Shown one piece after another: positions 61,914-64,000 of a stretch of DNA of 64,000 bases. Both the position numbers and the translations under genes were made by a program. Numbering within the stretch: position 1 is the first letter of the stretch; every line of letters starts with the position of its first letter. The stretch is taken from the NCBI GenBank assembly GCA_977862235.1, contig OZ374558.1, forward strand, positions 3,348,001 to 3,412,000, given 5' to 3'. The DNA comes from Dudresnaya verticillata (lineage: Eukaryota). A model generated the notes under the pieces. The model ran no database searches. It was given only the letters and a program-made list of their open reading frames with translations, and had not been told where the DNA came from.

Positions 61914-64000
61914 TTAGGGCACATAGTGGTAGACTGAACCGTCAACCTCATCCAGCTTCAGATACTCCATGTATATAAGCCTTTCCATTAATATTTTCAT
62001 ATCAGATTCATCCAGAAGAAAATCCTTGGGAAGCCCACTGCCGACTTCCTTCATAAGAGCTTTAAACGCCATTGTTTTGTTCCTCTTCATTGTCCCAACT
62101 ATTGCAGATTCCAGAGCATCCTTTCGGAACAAACATGCGATGGAATTGGATTCATTTCCGACTCTTGCGGCTTCAACTTCGTGGTTAACATCATCGTTGT
62201 GACGACCACGAATTTCATATGGCATGCGTATATGTTGTCTGGTCGCCGTGAAGGAGAGGTTCAACTGAATTTTCTCTTTTCGAGTCAGGTTGAGCCCACT
62301 CGAACTCTTTCGTAGAATGGATATTCTTTCTGTCATCATTGACAACACAGAATTTTTGATGGCTCCTTCACTTTCGATAATATGATTTTCTTCGGAAGGG
62401 AGAAGTTTGCGTAAGACTTCTTCATAAGTGATCTCGTCTCTCTCATTGAAAAGTAGCAAAATGCATGCCTGAACTGTAGAGAGCTCTAGATCTAAGTGCT
62501 GAAACGATGCACGGCCACAAAACAGATTTGTCCGAACTGAAACATTACCAAGCGCATGTAGCCAATGAATTGATGTCCTCTGCAAACTTGAGTTGTGGAA
62601 AGCTTCGAACTGTTCGCCCAAAGACACCAGTTGGGCCGGGAGGGAAAGCGAGATGCGCTGAAAATCAGGCCACTGAATGCCATGCAAGGCCAAGGTGCTG
62701 AACATTACATCGTTGACTGGCACAGCAATTCGTCCGTGAGGGAGTAATGAAAGTTCAACTGCTGGAACCGATCTAGCAAAGGACCAGGAAGTACGCACTG
62801 AATTGCGTATATCCTCGACCATTTTCTGAAGCCTTCGGGCACGGGAAACAGGGCAGCTCCTGCTGAGTTGAATAGCAAATGACATTTCCAGTTCTATGCT
62901 GTTAGAAGTGCCCAAGAGCAGCCGATTTGACAAAAGTTCTTGGAAGTCTTCAAAAAACTGTTCCGAATTCAAGCTGGATGCAAGTTTGACTACATTCGCC
63001 AGCAATTCCTTTCTATTCCATTCGGAAGGTGTTTCGCTCTTCTTTGTAGTTTTCAAGAGGAGGCGGTGTGCATAGAAAGCCAATGCCTGTGCGATCCAAG
63101 AGCCGTTTTCATCCTCAAAGCAAAAAGCGTTGCAGAGCCCTTTCCTCACTGCCTTCCTGGTACCATTGCACTTCTCAAAAGAATTCTCAATGATATCTTC
63201 GTATCTTTGCAGAAGGTTAAGAAGACGGGTTACGAGACCGTAAATAATAGAATTTTGGTCGCATAGCTGGCTTCCGACTTGGCCTACCGAGATGAGATCC
63301 CAAGTCCTGATTTGGTCAAGTTTCACTGCATCTCGTTCCATCTGAATCAGGCCTCCTAAGTCTTCATGACACTCCAGGTTTCCAATTGCCCTGGCATCAC
63401 CGCGGATCTGGCTTCTGAAAATCTGCTTAATAGTATCCATACATTCCGGAGAAGCACAATAGCTTCGATAAACCAGCGCCAGACCTTCCGTATCTTTCTC
63501 CTTCAGTAGACGAACTAGTCCCGTGTTAGGAGCAAGTAAACACCTGTGATGCCTAACGAAAATTTCATATCCCAGCCGTCCCCAAAAGGATCTGCGCTCC
63601 TTCAACCGCAGAAAAGGTGCAACAAGAGATGAAAGCCTTCTATAACGAGATTTCCCTAAAGTTAAAAACGTTGTAAGATGCTCCAATGGAAGGAGAGACT
63701 TGACCCAGTTCTTCGTGTTGCCAATCACGAGCTTTAAATACGGCAATAGGACCTGTTTCCGAAACGAATTCAGAAACCATTCTTTTGAGAGCACCCGAAA
63801 CCCTCTTCTAAGTACAGAACGGTAGTGCGCAGAAACGTTTGGTGTGTCTGCAACATTTAAATAAAGGACAGAGAGCTGTAGAATACTATCCACAACTTTC
63901 TTCAAACACTTGTCTATAATCTCCTTCCTGAATATCTCCTCGACTGAAACGTGAACTGGGCATGTACTATCAAACGAACTAGATGCATTGAAGAACCCAA
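61914..64000 (-). CDS. Divergent cullin-family protein (5' end outside the window)
   Basis: LAFYAHRLL, F...Q..LSNRLL, ELE, RLQKMVEDI, WP, F.AFH, WLHALG, STVQACILLLFN, C-terminal AIVGTMKRNKTM...L...EYL...Y.Y; frame stays open to the window edge. Confidence 0.88.
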   Translation of the reverse strand, partial: GFFNASSSFDSTCPVHVSVEEIFRKEIIDKCLKKVVDSILQLSVLYLNVADTPNVSAHYRSVLRRGFRVLSKEWFLNSFRKQVLLPYLKLVIGNTKNWVKSLLPLEHLTTFLTLGKSRYRRLSSLVAPFLRLKERRSFWGRLGYEIFVRHHRCLLAPNTGLVRLLKEKDTEGLALVYRSYCASPECMDTIKQIFRSQIRGDARAIGNLECHEDLGGLIQMERDAVKLDQIRTWDLISVGQVGSQLCDQNSIIYGLVTRLLNLLQRYEDIIENSFEKCNGTRKAVRKGLCNAFCFEDENGSWIAQALAFYAHRLLLKTTKKSETPSEWNRKELLANVVKLASSLNSEQFFEDFQELLSNRLLLGTSNSIELEMSFAIQLSRSCPVSRARRLQKMVEDIRNSVRTSWSFARSVPAVELSLLPHGRIAVPVNDVMFSTLALHGIQWPDFQRISLSLPAQLVSLGEQFEAFHNSSLQRTSIHWLHALGNVSVRTNLFCGRASFQHLDLELSTVQACILLLFNERDEITYEEVLRKLLPSEENHIIESEGAIKNSVLSMMTERISILRKSSSGLNLTRKEKIQLNLSFTATRQHIRMPYEIRGRHNDDVNHEVEAARVGNESNSIACLFRKDALESAIVGTMKRNKTMAFKALMKEVGSGLPKDFLLDESDMKILMERLIYMEYLKLDEVDGSVYHYVP

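Overview
Compact eukaryotic genomic DNA with short GT-AG introns and many intronless genes. The gene content and style resemble a florideophyte red alga, but this is inference. The main feature is a tandem family of four spliced ionotropic-glutamate-receptor-like (iGluR/GLR) channel genes with the order signal peptide-S1-M1-P-M3-S2-M4, no amino-terminal domain, and an unusual YEA(T/A)MTA gate. They are interspersed with a duplicated SRR1-like block and a divergent CK1-like kinase. Downstream are a pair of C2H2 zinc-finger paralogues, two divergently oriented cationic secreted 8-Cys paralogues, an NB-ARC/WD40 (NLR/Apaf-1-like) gene, a secreted protein with two 12-Cys repeats, a helical protein with a C-terminal J-like domain, a full-length Ty1/copia element with TSD/PBS/PPT, and a divergent cullin running off the right end. 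Intergenic DNA holds relics of CRE-like non-LTR elements, a TA-flanked MITE, a tRNA-like SINE, hairpins and an old dispersed repeat. Four otherwise intact ORFs are each broken by one single-base indel, which may be assembly error. All calls are from manual motif reading; no searches were run.
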